A stretch of 64,000 nt of DNA, from positions 1,607,780-1,671,779 of the forward strand of contig JAHDYR010000012.1 of assembly GCA_019828565.1 (NCBI GenBank). The letters are read 5' to 3'. The notes under the pieces are model-generated. The model did no database searches. It was not told the origin of the DNA and was given only the letters and a program-made list of their open reading frames with translations. The translations under genes and the position numbers were made by a program. Below, one piece after another: positions 33,730 to 44,428 of the stretch. Origin of the DNA: Carpediemonas membranifera BICM. Lineage: Eukaryota; Protista; Fornicata. Every line of letters begins with the position of its first letter. The stretch's first letter is position 1.

Positions 33730-34688
33730 TTACGGGCGGGGTTGGACTTGGTCTTCCGCTTGCGGGGCTGCGGCTTGACCTGCAGTATTTTTGAACTGCT
33801 CCACCTTTCGAGCGAGGTAGTGAGGGTCATCTATGGCGAGACTCTTGAAGCGAGCAACCGGGTGCTCCTCTTCATCGGCCTCAAAGTAGGTCTCGCCATA
33901 ATCGATGCGCAAGAACTCGCCGCGAACGATGTTGGCAGTGGCCCTGACCGATATCACTGGCAGGCCATCCACCAAGACGTCCACGAACTCACAGTTGACA
34001 TCGTCAGGGCTGTGGTTAATCAGGTGGACACCCGCTGCGGCCGACATGGCATCGACGGCGACCTGACTGTCAGCGAATGACATGCTGTGTAATGGTAATG
34101 GAATATGCGAAACAAACACCATCTGGCCGTTGTTGCTGGCCGTCTCAGCATCGGGAATCAGCTTCCCGAGTATATGCCGAGACATGTGCCAGCTGAGATA
34201 TCCTCAGTGGCAATCATGCCTCGGCCGACGCTCTGCGTCCGGTTGAGGGCCGGATGGTCGGGCTCCTGGGTCAGACGGGGGTCGCAACGGGTCTCGGATG
34301 AGATCCAGGCCGGAGCAGGAATGGCCTGAAGGCTTATCTCATCCGAAATCAGCCGCTTGACGTCCTGCAGGTCTGAACCCGGGTAAACATGCGTCCACCT
34401 AGGGTGGACGTGCATGACGGACCCCTCGACGGAGTCCTCCTCGGCTTCAGACGAGCTGGATGAATGGGAAGGCGACTCGGGAGGCGGAGGAGGAGGAGAA
34501 TCTTGCTCCTTACCATCCTCGGGCGACTCGGGAGGCGGAGGAGGAGGTGATGCTGCCGTTACAGTCGTTTCCGCAGGACGTTGATCCTGCGGAGAAGCAG
34601 ATGACACAAAAGTGTCGTTGAGTGGATTTTGAATCCTTCTCTTACCTACCGGTTGCTGCTTCCTTGCGGACATCTTTCTTCTCGCCAT
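33730..34688 (-). CDS. SET-domain lysine methyltransferase (cargo; 1 bp frameshift near 34165, probable 33 nt intron 34085-34117)
   Basis: GRGMIATEDISAGTCLGIYSG, LINHSPDDVNC, VRATANIVRGEFLRIDYG; basic, Pro-rich N-terminus. Confidence 0.88.
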
Positions 34689-34883
34689 ATCTTCGTTCTC
34701 TTTTTTTTTCTCGCAACTCCCGATCCGAAGAACAGGCGCATCGCTGATCAGATCCGAACAATACTGCAGTAGCATGCATAAATAGTGTAGCAATGAAGGT
34801 ATACCTCTTTACTTGGATCAAAAGCTTGTCCTTTGCTTCAAATCAAAATGTGCCATTCATGAAAAAAAATTGGCACATTGCAA

Positions 34884-35888
34884 ATGGACGAGAAATACGG
34901 AGAATTCGGCACGCGACGCATCAGTAAGGACCAAGAAGTCTTTGAATGTGTCTGTGGTAAGGTTCAGCTCAGGCGTGGACATCGCGGGATCGGTTTCAAG
35001 TCTTCTTCCTCTCACGAGTGTCCTTTTACAACAGAGAAGTTGATTAACCGACGGGTGCTAATCACCATCGAGCCGCTGCATGGTTTCGAGACCCCGACTC
35101 AGCCCTACCCCGTCTTCCGCGTGGAAAGTCTTGCCAACTCATCTGGCTATCATTTCAAGCTCAAGACGGCTCTAGAGCTCGTTGATGATGAGTGGCTGAC
35201 TGCCGTTGCCCGCACCTTTAAGTCTACGTCCCATCTGGCCGAGGTACTTGAGGAGTTGGCGTCGCAGTACTCTAACTTCGACACTTACTGGGTGATATCG
35301 GGTCATTCTGATACAGAAACGTCGCGTATGATCATTGATACGTCTACGAACGAGTTTCTGTATCACCATGATCTGGTCCAGCTCATCCTCAGGTCATTCG
35401 AGAGCCCTTCCTTGGTGAGATCGACGCGTGTGCGTCTGATTTACTTTGCCACCTGCTCCGGACTCGACAGATCTGAGGAGTCTCAGCTGTGCAGTGCTAT
35501 TTCGACAGCCAAGTACAAGAACACATGCATTATCCTCACTCCTGAGAAGGTTCTGGCGCATGAGCTTGTTCTCCAGGACGCCTATTGGCTCTACCGCGTG
35601 ACATGCCTCGACAATCCTCTTTTCTTTCTGACGAAGTACTTCTCTGGCTATCGTTTCGCGCCTGGCTCAGCAGGAAGACGGATTATAGCCAATGGTTCCT
35701 TGTCATTTCCCAACGAGGCCAGGGTCATCATGTCTGAGACTAGCTATGCCCGGCCCATTCCTCTTCCTGAAATGCAAGACATCGTTTCTGATGTCAACGA
35801 GTATGACCCGTTAAGAACCGACCAGAGAAGACTTATGAATGATCGATACATAAGCATGATGACCCGTGCGCTTGAGAGAGACGTGTAG
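34884..35888 (+). CDS. Hypothetical protein with possible caspase/CHAT-like His-Cys protease domain (cargo)
   Basis: WVISGHS and LIYFATCSG spaced like the caspase-fold dyad; N-terminal CxC..HxC. Confidence 0.5.
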   Translation: MDEKYGEFGTRRISKDQEVFECVCGKVQLRRGHRGIGFKSSSSHECPFTTEKLINRRVLITIEPLHGFETPTQPYPVFRVESLANSSGYHFKLKTALELVDDEWLTAVARTFKSTSHLAEVLEELASQYSNFDTYWVISGHSDTETSRMIIDTSTNEFLYHHDLVQLILRSFESPSLVRSTRVRLIYFATCSGLDRSEESQLCSAISTAKYKNTCIILTPEKVLAHELVLQDAYWLYRVTCLDNPLFFLTKYFSGYRFAPGSAGRRIIANGSLSFPNEARVIMSETSYARPIPLPEMQDIVSDVNEYDPLRTDQRRLMNDRYISMMTRALERDV

Positions 35889-35931
35889 TAAACAGATATA
35901 TATACAATTTATGATCATCTCTCACTAAACA

Positions 35932-37155
35932 CTAAACAATCGGTCTCATGCCCTCTACTCGCTTATAGACAACCTTACATTTGCTGCAGAGGGGAACGAT
36001 GTACAACTTGCCATCAATGGTGTACTGCACTTCCTCAGAGCAATGCTCACAGTACCACCAGTGACAGCCTCGGCAGCAAAGAAGAGTAGAAGCCTGTTCT
36101 TCTGCTTTCTTCGTGTTCTTGGATCTTAGGCCCTTTTTGCACGCCTGGCACTTGTTGCTAGAGCCGGTAATATAGCACGCGGGACAGTAGTCCTTCTTGC
36201 CCTTCGTCCTGACACATTGCTCGTGCAGGAAACCTTTGCAAGCACAGCATCTCCTGAACGTAGTGCCGTCTGGATTGAAGAACCACTCGGGGGTACCACA
36301 CACAAGACATCCAAATAGCATTTTGCGCTGATGAAGGCTAAGGAAAGTCGTCTTACATGTCTCGGGTTCGGTAGGCGGGTCTCTCACACGGGTCTCTGAG
36401 ACAACGTCATTGATCAGGACCTTAATACGGTCAACAACAGCATCGGACACGTTGTTAGACACCTGCTGCAGATCGTCGTCACCAAGCCTGGGTCGCTTGG
36501 CTTCCTCGTCGTCAAAGACGATCTTCTTCCGAACCGGCACCGATCGATCTGTCGTTGACTGAGGTGTGTCTGCTTCATCACCAACACCAAGTGAAGACAG
36601 TTGCGTAGTCGACCGTATCGGTGGGATCTCTGCCTTGATCATCGTAGTCGGGGTCGATTTGACCGTTGCCTTTTGCTTGACAGGCTTATATCTCACCCGG
36701 TTGATCACAGGCAAGTTCTCAAGGCTGATTGAGTCGGAAACATCGTTCAGTCCAGCATCTGAGAGAACATCTGAGAGCATCTGGCGGAACTCGGCATGGC
36801 AGGGCTGACTACGGACAGCAATGTGCTGCATGACAGAGCCATTGTACTCCGCAGAGGGTCTAACTGCTGTTATAAACGTAGTAACGCCGACAACAGTCGT
36901 CCGCCTGACCTGTTCCCGGAGTTCAATTGACTTGAACCCAGGGCATTCGGCGGCGACCCTGCGCTGGACCTCCAGAAGTACCTTATGGATGTCGCGTGCA
37001 CTCAAGCCGAGGTCAGTTGCCTCGTCGTCCTCAAATACTGAAGAAACAACGGCTGTAACAAATGAACGACGGAGATTTGCGAGCTTACTGTTGCCATACT
37101 GTCTGATGGGGGGCGTAGCAGCAATAGGTTCTGGTACAGACACTTCTGAATTCAT
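35932..37155 (-). CDS. Protein with two C-terminal PHD-like zinc fingers (cargo)
   Basis: CLVC..CCAC..LHEQC..YCPAC and CQAC..CRGC..YCEHC..CSKC. Confidence 0.8.
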   Translation of the reverse strand: MNSEVSVPEPIAATPPIRQYGNSKLANLRRSFVTAVVSSVFEDDEATDLGLSARDIHKVLLEVQRRVAAECPGFKSIELREQVRRTTVVGVTTFITAVRPSAEYNGSVMQHIAVRSQPCHAEFRQMLSDVLSDAGLNDVSDSISLENLPVINRVRYKPVKQKATVKSTPTTMIKAEIPPIRSTTQLSSLGVGDEADTPQSTTDRSVPVRKKIVFDDEEAKRPRLGDDDLQQVSNNVSDAVVDRIKVLINDVVSETRVRDPPTEPETCKTTFLSLHQRKMLFGCLVCGTPEWFFNPDGTTFRRCCACKGFLHEQCVRTKGKKDYCPACYITGSSNKCQACKKGLRSKNTKKAEEQASTLLCCRGCHWWYCEHCSEEVQYTIDGKLYIVPLCSKCKVVYKRVEGMRPIV

Positions 37156-37618
37156 GAGAATTTCTATCCAAGCTGTTTACGTTGTTACATTTGTCTATTT
37201 ACGTAGACTCCTGGCATTGACAATACCTAAAACTGCGACATTTGTCGGTCATGATTCGAGCAACTAGCCACCAAAAGGTAGAAACGGTAACGTCAGGGCT
37301 CGTGGAAGTTGCCAAAGTACAAGATTCTTACCAAATAATCCGAAAAACTGCTCAGGGCTTGCGAAAGGAAGAAGAAATCAACAAAAAGGTGAATGACACA
37401 GAGTTTCTGCTGCAAGAGATACGCGATTTGTTTATAGATGCCATACAGACGATGAGGGACAAGTAAAAATGACATTCACTAGCTTTGCTTCTCATTTCAC
37501 ATATTCTTGTGAAATATGTGAAATGTGAAACAGATTCTAGTGAATCTCATTTTTTCTTGCACTTTTTGGAGTATCTCCAGGGTATCTCCCGGGAGACTCT
37601 AGCCATTCTTACAGTATG

Positions 37619-38490
37619 AGGTCGAACTGGTTCATCTCCAGCCGCCAGCGGACGAGCTTGGCAGCTGTGGCCTTCTCCAGGAACTGCAGATTCCTATGGT
37701 CGGTCTCAATCGTCACTGGGCAGCCCAATACCAGGCCACTCCAGGTCCTCAGTGCAAATAGTATTCCAAAGGCCTCCTGCTCGATGGTGCTCCATCTCCC
37801 TTGAGTCTCATTAAACACCTTCGAACAAAAAGCAATAGGCTTCTCCTTCCCAGTCACGTCTCTGTTCAGCAGGATGGCCCCACAGCCAATGTCCGAGGCG
37901 TCCGAGCGGATGACGATCTCGGAGTCGTAGTCAATGTGGGAGCACAGCACCGTCTGGCAGATGGCCTCCTTGGTGGCCTCGAAGGCTGCCGTGGTGGCGT
38001 CAGTCCAACAGAGCTTGGCGTTCTTCTTGCCCTGTCGGAGGCCGTTCAGTGGTCTCATGACCGTCGCCAGGCCGGGAACGAAGTTAACTCCTTAAAGCTC
38101 TGCGAGTAGGCGCAGACGTTGCCTTGGTGTGTACCTTCCTTATTGAACGGGAGGCCCTTGAGCTTCTTACGGAGCTCGTTGAGGGACACGGGAACAACCT
38201 GAGTCCTAAGGAAACCGTTAACCTCGTCAGCGCTGAGGTCCTCTAGCTTCTTGTCCAACGTGTCGGTAATCTCATCTTGCAGGTCTTGAGACAAGAGAGT
38301 GGCGACGGGATAAGCTGGATGGCGCGCCAGGAGGATTCGCACTTCGTCGCGGAATCGGGCGATCCCGGACGGGCTAAGCTTGCTACTATTAAAAGTAGGG
38401 AAGGAATAGTCGACATCTAAAGTTACCATTTCACTAGTATTAATGCTGTAGGCAGGTTACCTGGGGAAAACGATTTACAGCCTAAAAATG
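37619..38490 (-). mobile_element. Element H 5' part (short LTR from 38447, gag start, internal deletion, RNase H)
   Basis: Gag 38055-38429 homologous to gag of C; RSDAS/TDHRNL RNase H at 37621-38058; near-palindrome agtattaatgct at 38436-38447; outer LTR end uncertain. Confidence 0.8.
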
Positions 38491-38509
38491 CACCTTGACT
38501 ATTGAGGAC

Positions 38510-38742
38510 TGGGTCACAAAGCCGTCAGACTGGAAGCTGATACACGATCTCCGCCCCGTCAACTTCTACCAGCAGGTCCGCCAGTTCCGGCTGAAAGGAC
38601 TGACGGAGGTGGCGGCGGGTCTGGCCCATGGCGCTTGGATGACGTCGGTCGACCTCACGTCCGGCAGAGGACGCCAAGCAGTATCTGGGGATCGAGCACG
38701 AGGGGAAGACGTACCGGTGGCGAGCTCTGCCCTTCGGCCTCA
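38510..38742 (+). pseudogene. DIRS/Ngaro-type reverse transcriptase fragment
   Basis: WKLIHDLRPVN..FRL..WMTSVDLTS, then after a deletion KQYLGIEHEGKTYRWRALPFGL. Confidence 0.7.
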
Positions 38743-39011
38743 ATAGACGAGGAGTGTCGAGCCTCGACCAGTCATTTCTTATTTTGACATGATATATATT
38801 CACACCCGTGCGGTAAAGTATATTCCCCAGTGATACGATTTGGTCTTGATTTGTCTTGTCGACACCCATGGTGTTGTTACTCACGTTCGCGAGAACATTG
38901 GACCTATTCTGCACGACCAACCGAGATGAGAGATCGATTTTTCAGACGTAGCGGGGACGTGATGTCGGCCGAGAAACTGCTGGGAATACCATCCACTGCG
39001 CCTCGGAGACT

Positions 39012-40170
39012 AGGAGTCGCCTGCTCTGTCGCACCCAGACGAGGGTCGAGTTGGGTCGACCGCGCATCGAGGCGGGCGGAGGGCGCCGGACCGCGCGCTA
39101 CCGGAATACGTGGAGTGAGTATCGCTCTGCTGATTCCAGGAGCGCGCTGCCCGTTCGCGTCCGACTCATCGTTTTGGGGGTCGAGTCACATCTCGGCCCC
39201 AAATGAACTGCCCACACGTATGCTGCAAGGGAACAGTCAGAGCAAATCGATGCGCGGAGGGGAGGGACCAGGTGTGCGCGAGGGCAGACCGGGAGGCCGG
39301 CCCTTTGGCACACAGCAAAATCGGTCTGGTCGGCCAGACCCATGTCATCCCAAACTCCATCAGTCAACATGGTGCGTGAATGCATGCTTTAGAGCCCAGC
39401 CCGATGCTATATCGGCCATCAATTTGGTTGACGAACTGTTCACCTGCCTTTCGAAATCCTCTCGAGACTGCGGGTCCGAAGCTGAGCGATGCCGTCACCT
39501 CGACTACAACCATCGAATCGCTGCCGCTCTGCCATAATGCTTGTATAGCCCTCTTACATCTGTATCCGGGCTGTTACCAGCAGGGGCACACTGGAAGTAT
39601 GCGTTTGGAGTCGGCCCGATCTTCGATCTCGACGGACATCGAACATGACGAGTAGAGGTCGGAGAGGGCTGAAACTCACATCATTACACTGTAGGAGAAG
39701 CTCATACAGGATGGCTGACCCATCTTAGTCTTTAAACTCCCAACCTTAGGTTCTGGAGTGGTCGAAAATGACGACTCAGTTTGACTCGATCCACCCTCAG
39801 CCCGCACCCAATGGCATAGCACCATCAACTAGGCCTGGATATAGTGCGAGTGCCCCACTAACAGCATTGGACGCAACGTCTGCCGTCCTCGAGATGGTTG
39901 TGCAGAATACGCCATCTTTTTTCACACATCCCTTCGCGACCTCGAATAATCGCTCTCCAAGCACCTCTGCTGCTATATTTGTGCACGATGCTCATTTAAT
40001 ACGTCTAGATCACGATTCCTCACTCTCTTTCAGTTTCGGTCACTTCTTCGTGCCGAACTAAACAACATCAATCAGGTGCGCCGACGGGACCCTGGAGCGG
40101 CAACAAGGTAAGTCCGCCACCATCTAATGCTGTCAAAATCCTAGCTGTGCGCCACGGCGTCTTCGGACCC
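39012..40170 (+). repeat. Dispersed ~1.16 kb repeat, copy 1
   Basis: Near-identical to 62843-64000. Confidence 0.93.
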
Positions 40171-40586
40171 GGGGTATTGCATTGGCCTCTGGCCCTTGCT
40201 GCACACCGGGACATCCGCGCCACCTTACACGGCGCGGAACCCGGCTTCTAGCTAGGAGCGCGCGGGCGGTGTGTGACTGCCGCGCGGACATCAGATGGAC
40301 CTAGGACAGTGAGCCTAGATGATACACTTGGACGACCCAGCAGCTGCTGGCGGTTGGCGAGTGTATGCGGGAGGGCAAGCCCGCGGCGTGGAGCCCTATC
40401 TGTGAGTCACACCATGGGAGGTCATTTTCGTCTAAAATTTCCATTTGCCAGAATTGCCCACGTGTGATGCGAGCCCGCTCTTGCCGCGCACAGTTGCACA
40501 TTATTCATCGCTCAGCTGCCAACCATGGGGCAGCGTGTGCCCGGAGGCTGCGTACCAGCAGCTGGGGTCTGCCGAGCCCACCCTCT

Positions 40587-40860
40587 GCCAGTCTAAAAGT
40601 GCAGCACAATGTTTTGCTGTTGAGTCTGGTTTAATGAAAGCATGGACATCAACGATCAGCCATATGATGAGGCAGAAAACATCGAAATCACATCATCCCA
40701 CCCATCATTTGGCGAAATGGACAACTAGTTCCCCGAGGACGATCTTGACGGCGATCTCGGCAGCTTCGAGGAATCTCCAGCTCTGCACAACTCTGAGTAC
40801 GGATTAGATGATATGGATGACCATATGGACACGGACGCCCAATTCCAGCCAACGCGAGGG
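40587..40860 (+). pseudogene. Diverged copy of the IFT46 upstream region and 5' CDS
   Basis: Aligns to 48882-49210 with substitutions, an in-frame stop and a ~50 bp deletion. Confidence 0.9.
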
Positions 40861-40904
40861 AGGGCCTGCTCGACAGCACCAAAGAGGAGCTCGCCCATGC
40901 CAGG

Positions 40905-41100
40905 GCCGCCGCTGAGGTTGGGACGAGAGCACGAGTCAGCCAGATGGCCACGGTCGCCGTACTTGTAGCACCTCGCAGTTCGTGGGGCGACGGCCATGGC
41001 GGGGACACCAGGGGCGGGGTGGGGGCAGACAACTCCCGTGCCGTCTTGAGGATTATGGTCGCGGCGGCATCGATGGACTGTGCCTCCCGCACGTCATCCA
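40905..41100 (-). pseudogene. Gag zinc-knuckle remnant
   Basis: RCYKYGDRGHLADSC, a degenerate CCHC similar to that of element C. Confidence 0.5.
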
Positions 41101-41677
41101 CCTGACAGGGTTGGGCTACTTGAGTCTATGACTCGAAGTCAGGTATATTCTGGTATGCTTAAGAGTACAGCAGCCGCAGACGGGGCATTTAGCCTTGAAT
41201 TTGGCATTGTGCGGCCGAGCGGAGACTATCTTATACCTGTCAAGCTTCAACAGTCTCTTGGACACCGGCCACGTAAACCGAGAATAAATGGAGTTGCGTA
41301 AACCGAGAACTTTATTGCTTAAGGAGACGGACAGTACTGTCGTCCACCATGTAGACAGGGCGGCTACGACGACTCCCAGATAGAGGCAGCTGAGTCACTC
41401 AAGCCATTTATTGTCTAGACTGGGGCAAGATCGACTGCACGAAGATTGCCCTCGGCCTCTAGCTGACGTGTGGTGACGCGCTGGTCGGACAGCATTGCAA
41501 GAATCGCCGCAAAGCTGCTGAGGGGTCAGGGAGTGGGGCCGGAGGGACTGAGTGACCGGTCTGGTCACGATGCTGATCCTGCTGGGATACGTTAGGTAAC
41601 ACGTAAACCAGACCGCGCCCCGCGCGAACAGACCTGCGCTAATCTGCATATTCCTTGTGGCGCAGAAACGTGAAACA

Positions 41678-42056
41678 ATGACGCTTTCGACTGTTGAGCT
41701 TTCACAAGCGAGAACTGTGAGTGAAGTACGCCTTAGTTGCGTACCATGCGACGCGTCCGCCTCAAGCGAAGCTGAGGTCTCCACGTTCTTCGTACCCAAG
41801 AAGGACGAGCAAACTGGAGACATAACCAACACTCTGCACGGGCGGAAGCTTGTTGGACGTGAGATGGATGCCCCAGAAGGCTACAAGTGTTTGTTCACCG
41901 CACCATGACCATGCTCACACAGTCTTCGTTCGGCGCGACAACGAAATCATCGCCAAGGCGCAGAAAGTGACTCACTACGGCCACGACAGGCCCGGTATCA
42001 CCATGTATGAGACCGCCAAGGACTTTATTACGCTGTCCCGCATCGCTGCTGAGTAG
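41678..42056 (+). CDS. RNASEH2C: Ribonuclease H2 subunit C (34 nt intron 41889-41922)
   Basis: VPC..AEVSTFF..LHGRKLVG..PEGY..VTHYGHD; the gt..ctcacacag intron restores the frame. Confidence 0.75.
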
Positions 42057-42520
42057 GCATGCGCCCTTCATGCCGACGAGTCTGCTGACGGACGCCATGC
42101 AGGCGGGGGTCACGGCGCTCAGGGACGAGGCTACGGTGACGCTGCCGGTGAGCTGCTGGTGACGTCCGGCCTCGAGGATTTCGACGTCATCGCCTGTACC
42201 GAAACTACTCCGCCCTCGCGCAGGAGTGTCTGGCGTACGAGGGTTCATAGCATGTAAATATTGACTATAGACGACAGCCAGGGTCATTGCTGAAAGAAAT
42301 GAAAGACCGGGGCCGACATTCGAGAGCCGCATTGGAGAGAGCACTCGCCTGGACCCCAAGCCATATAGCAGCATGTCTCCTATCAGAACACGAATTACAT
42401 GATTTACACGTAGCTCTCGTAGCTGGGTTCTGGATGAGCACGCGAGCGGTTCTTCGAGGCGGTGGTGCACTTTTGGCGTAGCGATCGTGTCATTGTCACC
42501 TCGAAGTCAAAGAACCGCGA

Positions 42521-44026
42521 ATGAGAATCAACCGCTCATTCCTATACGTTCTTGCGACAGAAGTAATCGATTCCGAGCCTTCAATAGCGGATACAAAGGA
42601 CTGCCAGCATGCAGACGTAGTTTCGAAGATTACGGCCCTTGTGGCGCAGTCACGGTTCATTGAGGCGCAACAAGCGGCTGTAGAGCACGATAGCATGATA
42701 GCTCTCAACTCACAGCTCCTATACAATGCAGCACGCCTTCAGATGCTACTCAAGGTTGCCAATGGAGACGATGCCGGCGCCCTACAAGACATACGCACAG
42801 TCATCCGACCCATCGTCGTCCAGAACCCCGAGAACGCGGAGGACTACAAGGAGTTACTTCGTCTCACAGTCTTCCCCCGCTTAGAGGACGCAGACTCCCC
42901 CGTTAAGGCCGCGCTGAACGACACCGGCCGTGAGATGTTCCTCAACACTCTCCGCAACGCTATATCAGCAGACACAGGCGAGGACGACGACCTGCCGCAG
43001 TTATACATTATCATCATCTTCCTCTCTCTCGTGCTGCTCAACGCCGCGCCCAGTCTCGACGGGAATTCACTCGAATCACTGCTCGGCCAACATTTGAACA
43101 CGCTGATCAGGGTACTGCCACCAGAGGCCCTCAGTGTGCGCATACGGAACCGTTTTGCGGACGAGGAAGTGCTGCAAGATGACACCGAGCCGCAGGACAC
43201 GCGGTTCTTCTCCGAACTTCTCCACTGTACCACTGACGCCGCCAATTATGTACTGCAGCGATTCGACGTCGTTGAGGACGCTGTAATGGCGGCCATGTCC
43301 TGCATAGAGGTCGATTGCGTCCGGCTCGCACCCATGATCCACGACTTTGTCGATGACTACGCCGCCACTACCTCGGGCGTCGTCGTAAGGGCTGGGGAAG
43401 ACCCTGCAGGATGGGATTTCGCCGCGATCAAGCTGCTGCCCCTGGGCGAGCTGGCGTTCACCCAGGTCTGCGTGCTAGAGGCGCTGACGATGGCGTCCAA
43501 GGGCGATATTCCGGCAGCAGTGAGGCTTGCCAGGACCATCAACTTCCGGAACGAGGATATCCGGCACCAGCTTGTCACTACTCTCGTCATGGGGTCGGAT
43601 AGTGACGTCAAGTCCGCCGCAGACGCCTTTTTCTTCAGAAACCACGAGCTCATGAACGTAGACGCCGTGTCGCAGGCGATCATGAACTGCCAGACCCAGC
43701 GCAGCCACGAGTTCGGCGACACCGAGCTCGAGGAGGCCCTACTCATGCTGTACGACATATGTGCCAGCCCCATACAGACGAACGATGTCCTCAGTGGCAT
43801 AGCTGACGACATTGGCCTGCATAACCTGATCGTGGGTGACTTTACCGACTTTGACTCTGCCCTGGGATCCGAGGACATGGAGGAGGACTCAGAGGCGGAG
43901 TCGCCCATCGAGGAGTACATAGGGATGCTCCAGAGCGTGCTGTCTGTGTCAAGAGAGCGGGCGCTGGAGCTGCTGAGGGAGTATGGGGACGTGGAGCTTG
44001 CTATCAACGGGTTCTTCGGCGATTGA
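42521..44026 (+). CDS. CTLH/CRA-like protein with C-terminal UBA-like domain
   Basis: 501 aa ORF with repeated helical CTLH-like segments; C-terminal RERALELLREYGDVELAINGFF; may have upstream exons. Confidence 0.55.
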   Translation: MRINRSFLYVLATEVIDSEPSIADTKDCQHADVVSKITALVAQSRFIEAQQAAVEHDSMIALNSQLLYNAARLQMLLKVANGDDAGALQDIRTVIRPIVVQNPENAEDYKELLRLTVFPRLEDADSPVKAALNDTGREMFLNTLRNAISADTGEDDDLPQLYIIIIFLSLVLLNAAPSLDGNSLESLLGQHLNTLIRVLPPEALSVRIRNRFADEEVLQDDTEPQDTRFFSELLHCTTDAANYVLQRFDVVEDAVMAAMSCIEVDCVRLAPMIHDFVDDYAATTSGVVVRAGEDPAGWDFAAIKLLPLGELAFTQVCVLEALTMASKGDIPAAVRLARTINFRNEDIRHQLVTTLVMGSDSDVKSAADAFFFRNHELMNVDAVSQAIMNCQTQRSHEFGDTELEEALLMLYDICASPIQTNDVLSGIADDIGLHNLIVGDFTDFDSALGSEDMEEDSEAESPIEEYIGMLQSVLSVSRERALELLREYGDVELAINGFFGD

Positions 44027-44428
44027 GTGTGAATGACGCAGTCAAAATATTATTTTCGCAAATGGGTTATAAATAGTGGGAACAGGTTGCTCTGGTTGAG
44101 ACGACATGCTTGATGAAGGGGCCCGTGGCCCAGGATCTCATGTCCTGCCGGTTGGCATAATTTGTATTGTCAGCCGACTCCGGCAAAAACGTGGGGATGT
44201 TGGTCGCCCCGTGGCGGCGAAAAATGACATCCTGTCGTGCGGTCCGGAAGTCGAAATGAGGGAGATTTTTCATCCTGTTATGTCTGTTACATGCCTTGTG
44301 ATAGCAGATGTGCTCTTTACAGGATCAGGATCTCGTATCCCGGTTCAAGGAGACGGCTTGACCGGCCGGGACTGGGCAATCAGATGCGCCATTTGATTGG
44401 GCCCTCACCTTGGAGCTGACAACGAGTG

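Larger units (their letters stand above)
26280..37618. mobile_element. 11.3 kb TIR DNA transposon (CMC: CACTA/Mirage/Chapaev-like) carrying chromatin-enzyme cargo
   Basis: 50 bp TIRs catactgtaagaatggctagagtctcccgggagata.. at 26280-26329 and 37569-37618 (1 mismatch); 2 bp TSD ag. Removing it restores QFDLEVYH in the RNase H of H. Superfamily assignment is inference. Confidence 0.93.

Noticed and set aside
26280-37618. Polinton/virophage or endogenous giant-virus fragment
   Set aside because: No pPolB, packaging ATPase, capsid or rve integrase recognised; TSD is 2 bp rather than 6 bp.
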